This document shows, piece by piece, positions 52,198 through 60,910 of a stretch of DNA of 64,000 nucleotides (within the stretch, counting starts at the first letter, position 1; the number at the start of each line of letters is the position of its first letter). The notes beneath the pieces are model-generated. The model did not search any database and was not told where the DNA came from. It saw nothing but the letters and a program-made list of their open reading frames with translations. A program made the position numbers and the translations under genes. This stretch comes from a virus, in IMG/VR virus record IMGVR_UViG_3300044625_001067, positions 33,473-97,472 of that record. One strand, 5' to 3'.

Positions 52198-53310
52198 TCA
52201 GGCAATCCCGAGCAAAACGTCGAGCTTTTTCGGGGTTAAACCTTCGAGCCACTCTGCAAAGGATCCGACTTTGCCGGATCGAATCGCAAAGCATGCTCCA
52301 GAAAGTTCTTTTGACTCGGCAAGTACGGCTTGAGCGAAATCCTTCTGGTTAAGATGGTTGTGAGCCCTCATGTTCTCGCTCACCGCACTCTCCATCACTT
52401 CGATGGAACGCAGGTGAACGTCAAAACCCCCACGATACTCGGGAAAGTGAAGCAGAAACTCTTCCAAGTCGTCGTTCAGGAAAAGCTCGGAGAAATCCGG
52501 TTCGCCGTTTCCTTTAACCCTGTGCAACTGGCAATATACGTTGGACTTGTCTTTCTGCCGGTTTCCCTTCCCATCGACAATAATCACTCCTTCAGCGGTA
52601 CCACGAGAAGAGTCGTTTACAAACTGGGTTACAGCTTCATGTGAGCGCAGGTCGTAGGTCTGAGCGATATTGAATCGGTTCTCAAAGTACTTGAGATCCT
52701 TTTCGTTCAGGTCATCTATTACGCTACGGACCGTTAAGAGAGGTAAAAGGGGAGTCTCGTAGTCTACAACAATTTTGTTGTCTTTGTGGCACAACTCGTA
52801 GACGTAGACAAAATAAGGGTCGAGGTCAGCCCGGTCATATTCAACTTCATTAAAAACGTGCCAAAACAAGTCGGAGAAGGAGCGGCCCGTGGTCCCGACT
52901 TCTGAAGAACCAGCGACTGAACCTGATGTTGATACCAACCACTCTCCTTTATAGTTGAACAACTTGATCAGAGACCCGTCGTACTTCTCAGCTACACGGG
53001 CAGTGGACCAATCAATCTCTGCGGCGTAACCCTCCCCGACGTTGAAGAAACGGTCGAAGGCGTACGCAACCAGCCGAAAGTACGGGGAGCCCGTACCATC
53101 GTCAACGAGTTCGACTACGGCACCACGGCAGGCACGAACGATCGGCAGTGCCTTGTCCGCCATCACACTGCCGTACTTTAAGTTGTAGAGAGCAGGGTAA
53201 CGTTCGTCGCGAGCAACACGAATGTCGTGCTCGGCAAGTGCTTCAAAAGCAGTCTCGACCCGGTAGTTTAACCAGTCGATTAGAAAGTGGCGCAGGTTTA
53301 AAGGTTCCAT
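52198..53310 (-). CDS. RNA ligase 1 (T4 Rnl1 / gp63 family)
   Basis: Motif I EKYDGSLIKLFNYKGEWLVSTSGS vs T4 Rnl1 [24 protein letters not shown]. N-terminal RACRGAV vs T4 ECRGIMF. The T4 sequence is recalled from memory. Start placed at Met41 (53310), giving 370 aa against T4's 374. Confidence 0.75.
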   Translation of the reverse strand: MEPLNLRHFLIDWLNYRVETAFEALAEHDIRVARDERYPALYNLKYGSVMADKALPIVRACRGAVVELVDDGTGSPYFRLVAYAFDRFFNVGEGYAAEIDWSTARVAEKYDGSLIKLFNYKGEWLVSTSGSVAGSSEVGTTGRSFSDLFWHVFNEVEYDRADLDPYFVYVYELCHKDNKIVVDYETPLLPLLTVRSVIDDLNEKDLKYFENRFNIAQTYDLRSHEAVTQFVNDSSRGTAEGVIIVDGKGNRQKDKSNVYCQLHRVKGNGEPDFSELFLNDDLEEFLLHFPEYRGGFDVHLRSIEVMESAVSENMRAHNHLNQKDFAQAVLAESKELSGACFAIRSGKVGSFAEWLEGLTPKKLDVLLGIA

Positions 53311-53365
53311 GGCAGCTTTAGGTGGGTGGGACCGTTGAGTTTTGTTTATCTGGGCAAGGTTGGGA

Positions 53366-53995
53366 CTAGCGATTTCGTTTCCCACTGTCCCAGGCTGGCG
53401 CTGATCTCCGCTTTGGAAAGTCATGTCCAAGATCGCCTTTTACTTCCCCGTTAGCGAGGACAACAAGGTGGTCTGTGCCGTAATCGTCCCAGTCGTCGGA
53501 GAACTTCGTGTCTACTGACAGAGTAACCTTGTGCTTGTAAAGAACTTGGCCGAGATCCTTTCTAAACTCGTCCATGTCGAACTTTTCGCCAGGGGTGTAC
53601 GCGTAGGACGTAACTACTTGGTCTCGAAGGAGCTGGTCCCAGTCGAGGCAGTTGTACGGGAGTTTTGTCTCTGACATGTCTTCCGGGGAGAAGCAGCTTC
53701 GTAGTGTTCTGTGATTACGCCGTTCATTCGTCCAGGTTCGATCCTCACGGACTCTTACCAGAGTGTAGCAGTATGAGGATGGAACGTTCGGGTTCGTTGC
53801 TTTCGGGTGCATCCAGATGTCGGACACAACGTAGAGACCGTCTTTTACTGGACTCTTCCGAAAGTGAAGGTAAGGAACTTCAGTGCCCCAGGTTCGACCG
53901 TCGGGTGAATTTTTAAGTATTTTTCCAGGAACAAACACACTGTCCCCTGGCTTCAGCAAAAGTTTTCCTGTAACTGATTCAGGGGGAGACTTCAT
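53366..53995 (-). CDS. hypothetical protein (start trimmed to MKSPPES)
   Basis: ORF 53366..54046. The N-terminal 17 codons overlap the element at 54022..54084. Confidence 0.45.
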   Translation of the reverse strand: MKSPPESVTGKLLLKPGDSVFVPGKILKNSPDGRTWGTEVPYLHFRKSPVKDGLYVVSDIWMHPKATNPNVPSSYCYTLVRVREDRTWTNERRNHRTLRSCFSPEDMSETKLPYNCLDWDQLLRDQVVTSYAYTPGEKFDMDEFRKDLGQVLYKHKVTLSVDTKFSDDWDDYGTDHLVVLANGEVKGDLGHDFPKRRSAPAWDSGKRNR

Positions 53996-54021
53996 GGGTT
54001 GGGGTGCTTTGGTCACGAACC

Positions 54022-54084
54022 AACTATACCGGTTTTGCCTGAGCAAAACAAGCCGGGAAACCGGTCAAAGCAGGGCGGTTTCCC
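54022..54084 (-). promoter_or_regulatory. intergenic element copy (double palindrome)
   Basis: aactataccggttttgcctgagcaaaacaagccgggaaaccggtc...agggcggtttccc. Confidence 0.5.
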
Positions 54085-54092
54085 AAATGACC

Positions 54093-54437
54093 TCAGACAC
54101 AGGTCAGGGATGAAACAAGGGGAAACCGCAAAAGATGTGTTTCGTCTGCTTGTCTACGTGTTGAATTGAGTGCTTCGGTCCAAAAACTACAAGTCAATCC
54201 GGACCCCTTAACGTGGCATTCTGTGTCCCACTCACCTTTTCTCTTGCTGATCCAGCATTGGGCCTCAACTTCGTCTTCCGTTTTGTAGCACGCTATCGGG
54301 GGAACACCTCTTCCCCTCCAGTAAGCTGGGCAGTTCCGGCTTCCGTCATCCCCCATCTTAAACAGTTGGTGGTAGAAGAGAGACGGCATAAAATAAAAGT
54401 TTGGGCAGTGGGGAACTAACCACGCAAATTCATCCAT
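54093..54437 (-). CDS. hypothetical Cys/Trp-rich protein (114 aa)
   Basis: ORF 54093..54437. Confidence 0.4.
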   Translation of the reverse strand: MDEFAWLVPHCPNFYFMPSLFYHQLFKMGDDGSRNCPAYWRGRGVPPIACYKTEDEVEAQCWISKRKGEWDTECHVKGSGLTCSFWTEALNSTRRQADETHLLRFPLVSSLTCV

Positions 54438-54466
54438 AACACAATAATAAGGCGGCCTTGAAGGAA

Positions 54467-54700
54467 TTAGGTTAAACGATGTGTGGCCTTACGGGGCTTC
54501 GAGGCAACAACGTAGTAGTCGGGAACACGGTCTGTGGGGTTCCCCGCATTCACTTCTGTAAACCTGTCGTTTGCCTCGCCGTAAGTTGTGTAAAACTCGG
54601 ACCAGGACTCGCTTCCCCATCCTCGCTCAGACTCATGCAAGTCAACAATCCAAACATCTTGAGCTAAGCTTAAACCTTGTTCTTCGGTGATTCTTGCCAT
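54467..54700 (-). CDS. hypothetical protein (77 aa)
   Basis: ORF 54467..54700. Confidence 0.4.
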   Translation of the reverse strand: MARITEEQGLSLAQDVWIVDLHESERGWGSESWSEFYTTYGEANDRFTEVNAGNPTDRVPDYYVVASKPRKATHRLT

Positions 54701-54741
54701 TTTACACTAGTGGGATGAATGTGAAGTTTAGGGGTAACAGG

Positions 54742-54999
54742 TCAGTTGCGGGTCTTAGCCCGAGGGACATGCTCTCGACGTGCCAGCTCTTCCTTGATTG
54801 CGGCTTTTTGGTGCTCAAACCGCTTAGTTGCGGAACCCTCTTCGTCTTCGTCGTAGGCGAAGCTGGAAAAGTTTGCTCGAAAGTATGTTAGCAACCTGTG
54901 AGTTGGCAATTTGAGAAGGGTTTCGAGTGAGTTGCGATTCGGGTCCATGCGAGTCTCAGGGGTTGGGTGATTTAGGTTGGGGTTGGGAGTGCGGGGCAA
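54742..54999 (-). CDS. hypothetical protein (85 aa)
   Basis: ORF 54742..54999. Confidence 0.4.
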   Translation of the reverse strand: MPRTPNPNLNHPTPETRMDPNRNSLETLLKLPTHRLLTYFRANFSSFAYDEDEEGSATKRFEHQKAAIKEELARREHVPRAKTRN

Positions 55000-55147
55000 C
55001 TAATCATTCTCAAATTCCTTCCTTAACGTTTCATACCTTTGTCGCCGCACTTCCTTTGCGATTCCTTCCTTTTGCGCTTTTTTACTAATGGCACTTAGCC
55101 TTTTGTCCCGCTCTTCGTTTGTTTCTGGGCGGTGCTTGTAGAGATCT

Positions 55148-55312
55148 TACACATCAGACCCAAACCGACAAGTATACTCAATACCCTCCCAACCCTCTTT
55201 CTCGAGCTTGTCAAGGGCTCTCTTAATGTCGCTGAATTTCCCACAGAAAGCGGTCTCAGGGTCGAGATAAGAGGTCTCTTTAATTGTGATGTTCTTTGGG
55301 AGGTTTGTCATT
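55148..55312 (-). CDS. small hypothetical protein (~54 aa, below the ORF-track cutoff)
   Basis: Hand translation from ATG at 55312, MTNLPKNITIKETSYLDPETAF.... It lies directly downstream of an element copy at 55333..55378. Confidence 0.3.
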
Positions 55313-55332
55313 GCGGGGTCTATTCAACTCAT

Positions 55333-55378
55333 TTAGTATACCGTTTCTGCCGAGCAAAGACAAGGGTGGAAACCGCCC
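55333..55378 (-). promoter_or_regulatory. intergenic element copy
   Basis: ttagtataccgtttctgccgagcaaagacaagggtggaaaccgccc. Confidence 0.5.
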
Positions 55379-55394
55379 TTGGCGGCCCATAGTG

Positions 55395-55820
55395 TCAAAT
55401 CTTCGGGAAAAGCAGACTGTACGTGAGAATTCCATCCGTTATCTTGTCCACGGTGTGGCCAACGGCTGAAAGGGCGTCGAGCTTTGCGGAAAGCTGTTGA
55501 ATTGCCTCAATAAGTTGCTGAATTTGCTGCGGGTCTAGCGTGGGGGTTGCCATAGGCTTGCAAGTTTGTCTCTCTGGGTTAGTGGGAGATGCCCACTGTT
55601 GGTACGCTGTTTCTAGATCTTTGACTTTGTTTGGGTTGGCTACAGGGTAATACCCGTGGATAGTATGGCCTGTGGACTCGAGCCATTCTGGTGGTGTCTT
55701 GACCCGCTCTCGCCTTATCTCTCCCGGACTTACTCTGCGGTAAAAGTTTCCGTCGTCGAAGAGAAAGTCGTCTCTTAGTGGGTTCGAGTCGTGTCTTCTC
55801 TGGTGGGTTAGGAGTTTCAT
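55395..55820 (-). CDS. hypothetical protein (141 aa)
   Basis: ORF 55395..55820. Confidence 0.45.
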   Translation of the reverse strand: MKLLTHQRRHDSNPLRDDFLFDDGNFYRRVSPGEIRRERVKTPPEWLESTGHTIHGYYPVANPNKVKDLETAYQQWASPTNPERQTCKPMATPTLDPQQIQQLIEAIQQLSAKLDALSAVGHTVDKITDGILTYSLLFPKI

Positions 55821-55863
55821 TCGGTGGCTGTGTACCTTGGAGTCTCGTTGAAGGTTTCTCTAG

Positions 55864-56106
55864 CTATGTTGAACAATTTTGTGTGGGTTTAAGGTAACCG
55901 CCCTTGGATCGCCTTCTGCACTTCAATCGGTCGTTGGCATCAGACAGAGCTCGGGACTTTAGACGATTTTGTTCCTGGGCCATTGCCATTACGAGGGACA
56001 CTGTTCCTGAGCTCTCTTTGTAGGAATATCCGGTTAAACGTTCGGCGGCATCAAGGGGGTCGAAACTTAGGATCTTGTCGAAGGATTCGCTAGTTGGGTT
56101 GGGCAT
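55864..56106 (-). CDS. hypothetical protein (80 aa)
   Basis: ORF 55864..56106. Confidence 0.4.
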   Translation of the reverse strand: MPNPTSESFDKILSFDPLDAAERLTGYSYKESSGTVSLVMAMAQEQNRLKSRALSDANDRLKCRRRSKGGYLKPTQNCST

Positions 56107-56135
56107 TTTCTTGTAGTAGGTTACCAGAGCAAAGG

Positions 56136-56480
56136 TCAGACCTTAGGTTGTTTCGACGCCCATTCCAAAACTGCGTCTTTCTCCACTGAGGAAAGCTTAG
56201 ACAAGGCAAGTCCTACAAGTTGCTCTGCTTCTTTCTCACGAAGACGGTCCCCTTCGGTACGCTTGAGCCATTCGCCGCAGGTTTCGTGAACCCAAGTGCG
56301 GGATCTAGCATCGCACGGGTTCCATTTAAACCCCTCTTGTTCGGGAGACATCTCTGTGATCTCAGTCACAGTTTTTGTCGGGTCGCTGTCCCCGAACTCA
56401 AAGTCTCTGGCCTGTTTTGCGTCGTCCGCCAGCACAAAGTCAAATTCGTACCGCTCAACTTTGAAAAGTTTCTGTGCCAT
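56136..56480 (-). CDS. hypothetical protein (114 aa)
   Basis: ORF with an element copy at 56515..56583 upstream. Confidence 0.4.
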   Translation of the reverse strand: MAQKLFKVERYEFDFVLADDAKQARDFEFGDSDPTKTVTEITEMSPEQEGFKWNPCDARSRTWVHETCGEWLKRTEGDRLREKEAEQLVGLALSKLSSVEKDAVLEWASKQPKV

Positions 56481-56495
56481 TTGAAGAGTCTTTTG

Positions 56496-56506
56496 GGGGG
56501 GGGGGT
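56496..56506. repeat. homopolymeric G11 tract in the 5' leader of gene 56136..56480
   Basis: ttttgggggggggggtcaca lies between the element copy and the start codon. Confidence 0.6.
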
Positions 56507-56514
56507 CACAAGTT

Positions 56515-56583
56515 AAGTATACCGCTTTCCTCTCGGAAAGGCAAGGCGGGGAAACCGCCCCCAGAGCAAACGGTTAACCGCCT
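56515..56583 (-). promoter_or_regulatory. intergenic element copy (double palindrome)
   Basis: aagtataccgctttcctctcggaaaggcaaggcggggaaaccgcccc...aacggttaaccgcc. A G11 tract lies between the element and the start codon. Confidence 0.5.
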
Positions 56584-56901
56584 CAACGCGGAGCCCGAAG
56601 CTCTTAGAGTCTTTTTCTTCTCGTGGATCGTGGAATTCGACCTGGTACAACAAAGAGGGACCATCGCTCCGCCCAAATAACTCTCCCCCAAGGGCAAACC
56701 TTTGAGGAAGGGTTTGAGTTTACCCACCGAAAGTTCCCCAGCCCACCCGATCTCGAGTTGACGTGGATAAACCGGCAGTCAGCATGTGGCGGTAAGGCTG
56801 ACTCACTGTGATCATAATTGCTAGGAAGCTCTAAGACATCAAAAGAGTTTTTTACTAGGTAGTAAAAGCGAAGCCATGCGGTTCGAAAGTTCATGGTGAA
56901 G

Positions 56902-57165
56902 TCAGGAGTAGTATTCGTCAAGATCAAAGTCCTGAAGCAACCCGTCAAAAGGTTCTTTGCAGCCGGTGTAAGCGTAAAGCTTATCGTTCATGGCATACCA
57001 CGAAACATTCAGCAGGTACCAGAAAGTTGCGTGGTGGCCGTCGTGCCAGAAAAGACCTTCAGTGTCACAATCGAGGGCCCAAAAGGTAGTTTCCTGTGGT
57101 ACCGAAATCCAATTCTTCCAGTAGTTAAATGTTTTTAGTGTGAGTTGAAGAGAATTTGGTATCAT
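56902..57165 (-). CDS. hypothetical protein (87 aa)
   Basis: ORF 56902..57165. Confidence 0.4.
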   Translation of the reverse strand: MIPNSLQLTLKTFNYWKNWISVPQETTFWALDCDTEGLFWHDGHHATFWYLLNVSWYAMNDKLYAYTGCKEPFDGLLQDFDLDEYYS

Positions 57166-57283
57166 TCTGCTTTAGGTCTCCCGCTCGCGTCGTAAGGGCT
57201 AGACTTGTTTGAACGCACTACGGGTGGTGTCGGTAAAACTGGTTTCCGGGGTGTGTACGGTGACTGATTACCGTTATTACTGG

Positions 57284-57757
57284 TCATTTGGGGGCCTCGT
57301 GATTACCGGTCCTTAAGGTTGGGTTGATGAGTGTAACGTTCACCACACCATTGCCGATATCTTGCGGAGAGTTGTTTGAATCGTCGCAAAAAACTTTCCA
57401 GTTTAGTACTGGCACAGACGGTAGTGGGATGTACTTTACAATCACGTCTCGTAGAGAGTCCTTGGGGGTTTCCACGTTAGACGCGTCTAAGCATTTACCA
57501 TTAAAGGGCTCAAAAGCGTCTTTTAGATCGTTGCGAACTCTCTCCAAACACTTGCTTGCGTAAATTTTACGTGCGGACCCCTCAGCTTCTTTGAGGCTAC
57601 CCCAAAAACCCGAGTGTTCTTCCTCGTTCAACCAGCACCACTCACAGTGATCGTACTCGTATATTTCTACGTGATTGCATCCCTCCTCCTCTCCAGGTAG
57701 GGGTGGAAAGTCAATAAAGTAGCTACCACCGGATTTATACAGAGGGAAAGGTGTCAT
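57284..57757 (-). CDS. hypothetical protein (157 aa)
   Basis: ORF with an element copy at 57793..57857 upstream. Confidence 0.45.
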   Translation of the reverse strand: MTPFPLYKSGGSYFIDFPPLPGEEEGCNHVEIYEYDHCEWCWLNEEEHSGFWGSLKEAEGSARKIYASKCLERVRNDLKDAFEPFNGKCLDASNVETPKDSLRDVIVKYIPLPSVPVLNWKVFCDDSNNSPQDIGNGVVNVTLINPTLRTGNHEAPK

Positions 57758-57792
57758 TTTTGTATGGGTCTTGGCTACTTGGTTATTTTACC

Positions 57793-57857
57793 GCTTTTTC
57801 GGAGCATAAACAAGGCGGAGAACCGCCCCAAAGCAAGCGGTTAACCGAATAGGCGGG
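57793..57857 (-). promoter_or_regulatory. intergenic element copy
   Basis: ttattttaccgctttttcggagcataaacaaggcggagaaccgcccc...agcggttaaccg. Confidence 0.45.
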
Positions 57858-58049
57858 CTAGTGGCCATCTGCGTCTAAAACTAAGTAAGTCCAACCACCG
57901 GCAATTACTGACACCGCTAGAATTTCAGGGGGCCAGCCCTGTCTCAAGGCACCATAAGCTGATCCGCACGCCACGGCAAAGTACAGGGTGAGTTCAGCCA
58001 GCAACTTTAATCCCTTCCTCACCGATTTGACTTTTTCACTTGGTACGGG

Positions 58050-58412
58050 CTAACCCTCTAAAACTATGACTCTCTTCGTTACCATAGGAATTTCAAGGTT
58101 AACAAGTTCACCCTTAACTTCGTCTCTATACTCGCATTTAGTATTCACGAAGGAGTAGTGATCGATGTTACTCTGCCACTTTGTAGTGTAGTTACAATGA
58201 TTAACTTCCATGTTATCAATGGAGAACTCGTTCTCAAAGCAATAGCTGTGTTTTCTGCGAGTAACCAGAATAACCTCTGTGTCATCAGGGTACTGGCTTA
58301 AAAGTTCTTGTAGGCGTTTATTTAACATGGTGAGCTCAGTCGTAAAGGTCCCAAAGATTACTATAGGTGATATCTTGTGTTGTAGAATCCAGTCTAACCT
58401 GCCCTTCCCCAA
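58050..58412 (-). CDS. hypothetical protein (120 aa)
   Basis: ORF 58050..58412. Confidence 0.4.
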   Translation of the reverse strand: MGKGRLDWILQHKISPIVIFGTFTTELTMLNKRLQELLSQYPDDTEVILVTRRKHSYCFENEFSIDNMEVNHCNYTTKWQSNIDHYSFVNTKCEYRDEVKGELVNLEIPMVTKRVIVLEG

Positions 58413-58671
58413 TAAGGTCTACAATTCTCTGTAATTCTCCAAGTATTTTGTGCCCATGGGCGGAGTCGTCCAGTGAGGTTTGCAGTGTCTCGCTATTTGT
58501 CTGGTTTGGTAACCTGTAGTTCCCTTTCAGTGCATCTGTAGCCGTCTCTAGGCACCTTTTGCAAGGAACTTGGAAACTCTCGCCCATTTGAGCGCACGCA
58601 GCATGGTCTAAACTCTGAAACACCCAGTCAGAGCTACAAAGGGTTCTCCCGCACCAGGACGTTCCCTTCAT
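58336..58671 (-). CDS. hypothetical protein (111 aa; overlaps its neighbour by 77 nt)
   Basis: ORF 58336..58671. Confidence 0.35.
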   Translation of the reverse strand: MKGTSWCGRTLCSSDWVFQSLDHAACAQMGESFQVPCKRCLETATDALKGNYRLPNQTNSETLQTSLDDSAHGHKILGELQRIVDLIGEGQVRLDSTTQDITYSNLWDLYD

Positions 58672-58705
58672 GTCCTCGTGGGTGTGTCATATACACTGCC
58701 CAGAG

Positions 58706-59296
58706 TCAGACATAGACGTACTCACGCCACTCTTCAACTTCTGCTGTACTGATTGTAACAGACATCTTGCTATAGGGTGCCTTCGGCTTTGAGGCGAGAG
58801 TGGTGCCACGTCGAGTGACGCGGGTTTCCATCATCCCAATCTGAAAGCTGTCCCAGCTGAATGGTAGCGGAGAAACATTCGTGGTTTCCTTTGCAAACAC
58901 CTTCTTTAGGGCAACCGCCCACTCTTCCGGGGTGCGATTGTCCTTGCAGTTGTTGCACTCAAGGCAGCTGGTGACAAGGTTTTGCCAAGTGTCCTGCCCT
59001 CCTCTTGACTTCGGTATCACATGGTCCAAGGTTAGTTTCGGACCGGAGTACTCGCAATACTGGCAGGTGTGATTGTCCCGTTTTAGAATCAAGGTGCGAG
59101 AGGGCTTCGCCGCTGCCATCTTGGCTTGGGGAACCTTAACGTATGTCTTTAGGCGAATGGTGCGGCTGGACACGACATGGGCCTTGTCCTTCAATACAAG
59201 CACTCTAGCCCTCCGCCACGAGGTCTGGTTCAAGGGTTCGTACGTGGCATTTAAAACCAGAATGGTTTTCTTGTATGCGATTGTCTTGTAGTCCAT
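58706..59296 (-). CDS. HNH endonuclease (homing-endonuclease-like)
   Basis: HTCQYCEYSGPKLTLDHVIPKSRGGQDTWQNLVTSCLECN matches the HNH signature (C-x2-C ... DH ... N ... C-x2-C). Confidence 0.7.
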   Translation of the reverse strand: MDYKTIAYKKTILVLNATYEPLNQTSWRRARVLVLKDKAHVVSSRTIRLKTYVKVPQAKMAAAKPSRTLILKRDNHTCQYCEYSGPKLTLDHVIPKSRGGQDTWQNLVTSCLECNNCKDNRTPEEWAVALKKVFAKETTNVSPLPFSWDSFQIGMMETRVTRRGTTLASKPKAPYSKMSVTISTAEVEEWREYVYV

Positions 59297-59395
59297 GACC
59301 TTGGTGATTTAAGTGTTTCCCCATCGCACGAGGGAACGTCAGTTCTTTCAGAATTATACCCCGGAACAGGGGGTGTAAACCCCCTTGTACCAAGC

Positions 59396-60910
59396 CTAAG
59401 CTGCGGGGTTAAGAAGTCGAGTACGAATGTTAGGCAGTGAGTTTACATCCTCCCCGTAAACCACGCTGTTTAAGAACACGGTGCGAAGCTCGCCTCGCTG
59501 CTCTTGCTCACGAGTCTGCTGTTGATGAAGAACAAAGTTCTCCCCATCCTTTTCAACTCGCAGTAGACCCAACGCCGACTTTTTCGTGCCGCGATCCGTA
59601 ATGGGATCCTTCATGGTTTCGACGGCGAGACCGTTAATTTGCCCCCAGGTTGTTTTGTAAGCAATACCGAACGTGTCTCGTGTATGGTATTGGTAGGTGT
59701 AAGAACCGATACCAAACACAATGTTTTCGGACGCCCACCCAAGCTGCCTCATGTGCTCTAGGATGGCCCTGGCCCGTGGAAGAGTGATTGAGTCGCCGTA
59801 AATTAGGCCAACTCGAGGGTTCAGTACCTTGAAACCCTTCTCGTTTATCGTTCCTCCGAAGACCTCCCAGAGAAGCTCAAGCGAGCCTTTGTACTCTCGG
59901 CTACCTAGCTCAGCGTCAGCGTCACCGCAGATGATTTTCTCAGGGTTACCGCTGTCGGGACGGAAGACGACCTTAGCGATGCCCTGAGAATTCGGACAAC
60001 GATTTAAGATGTCTTCCTTAAGTGCGGGTGCAATAACAGTCAGTGCATCCCAGTAGTTCCAAGTGTCAAAAACTACACTGACCGGCCCAGTTGGGTATAC
60101 TTTTGTAATAATTCGACGAATTGTCTCTAATTCGTTTCTTTGACCGCCAAGGCAGGTCACACTGTGTTCCGTAGCGGGAATACTACCACCAATGAAATTG
60201 GACCCACAATCGTAGTAATCTTCCAAGTAGTCAATGGAAAGGATTGTATCCGTGCCCTTGAAAGAAAAAAGGTGTCCGATATTGTGTGCAGCGGCATCGT
60301 AAATGCCTCCGACTCCGCGAGCGGAGAAGTCGTGCCCCTGAAAGTCAACAAACTGCGGATTACTCCCTGTGATTTCAGCGTAGTGGTCGAGAAGACGGCG
60401 AAACTCGTAGGCGATGGTTGCCACGTTGATGGCCTTCCACAGCTCAGACGACTTGGCGGTTTCGACATAGTTGGTTAGCCACGGGGCCAGCCACTTGAAG
60501 TCATTGTGAGTGTTTTGCGCCGTCAAAAACGGCACTCCAATGTTAACACGGCTACCCTCGGGCAGTGCCTTCACATGTAGCGGCATGTAGCCCAGGTCGT
60601 GAAGCTCAGCAATGTGGTCAGTGCCGACAACACCTTCTCCGAGCGAGGAGTCCATTCGCCGCTTGTATTTGTCCAACACCTTGGCCTTGGGTTGCTGAAA
60701 AAAGGTCTCATTCCAAAGATCCCTCAGCATCCATTTCATTGTCCCCTGGATGTTGGCCACGACGATCTTGTGGTCGAAGTCAGCGGGCATGTTCGCCAGA
60801 CGGTCGGACCTTGCCGTCATGTTGGCGTAGATTACTTCGGTGCCTTCAGGGTTTTGCGAAGGGTGTCCTGTCTTGTAAAAGTCGGTTGCGTGGGGCGCAA
60901 AAATTTTCAT
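59396..60910 (-). CDS. nicotinamide phosphoribosyltransferase family protein (NAMPT/NadV, or NARP1 Namat-type nicotinamide ADP-ribose transferase)
   Basis: 504 aa ORF recognised as NAMPT-family from the translation. It is translationally coupled by a 4-nt overlap to the PRPP-synthetase-like gene. Confidence 0.75.
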   Translation of the reverse strand: MKIFAPHATDFYKTGHPSQNPEGTEVIYANMTARSDRLANMPADFDHKIVVANIQGTMKWMLRDLWNETFFQQPKAKVLDKYKRRMDSSLGEGVVGTDHIAELHDLGYMPLHVKALPEGSRVNIGVPFLTAQNTHNDFKWLAPWLTNYVETAKSSELWKAINVATIAYEFRRLLDHYAEITGSNPQFVDFQGHDFSARGVGGIYDAAAHNIGHLFSFKGTDTILSIDYLEDYYDCGSNFIGGSIPATEHSVTCLGGQRNELETIRRIITKVYPTGPVSVVFDTWNYWDALTVIAPALKEDILNRCPNSQGIAKVVFRPDSGNPEKIICGDADAELGSREYKGSLELLWEVFGGTINEKGFKVLNPRVGLIYGDSITLPRARAILEHMRQLGWASENIVFGIGSYTYQYHTRDTFGIAYKTTWGQINGLAVETMKDPITDRGTKKSALGLLRVEKDGENFVLHQQQTREQEQRGELRTVFLNSVVYGEDVNSLPNIRTRLLNPAA

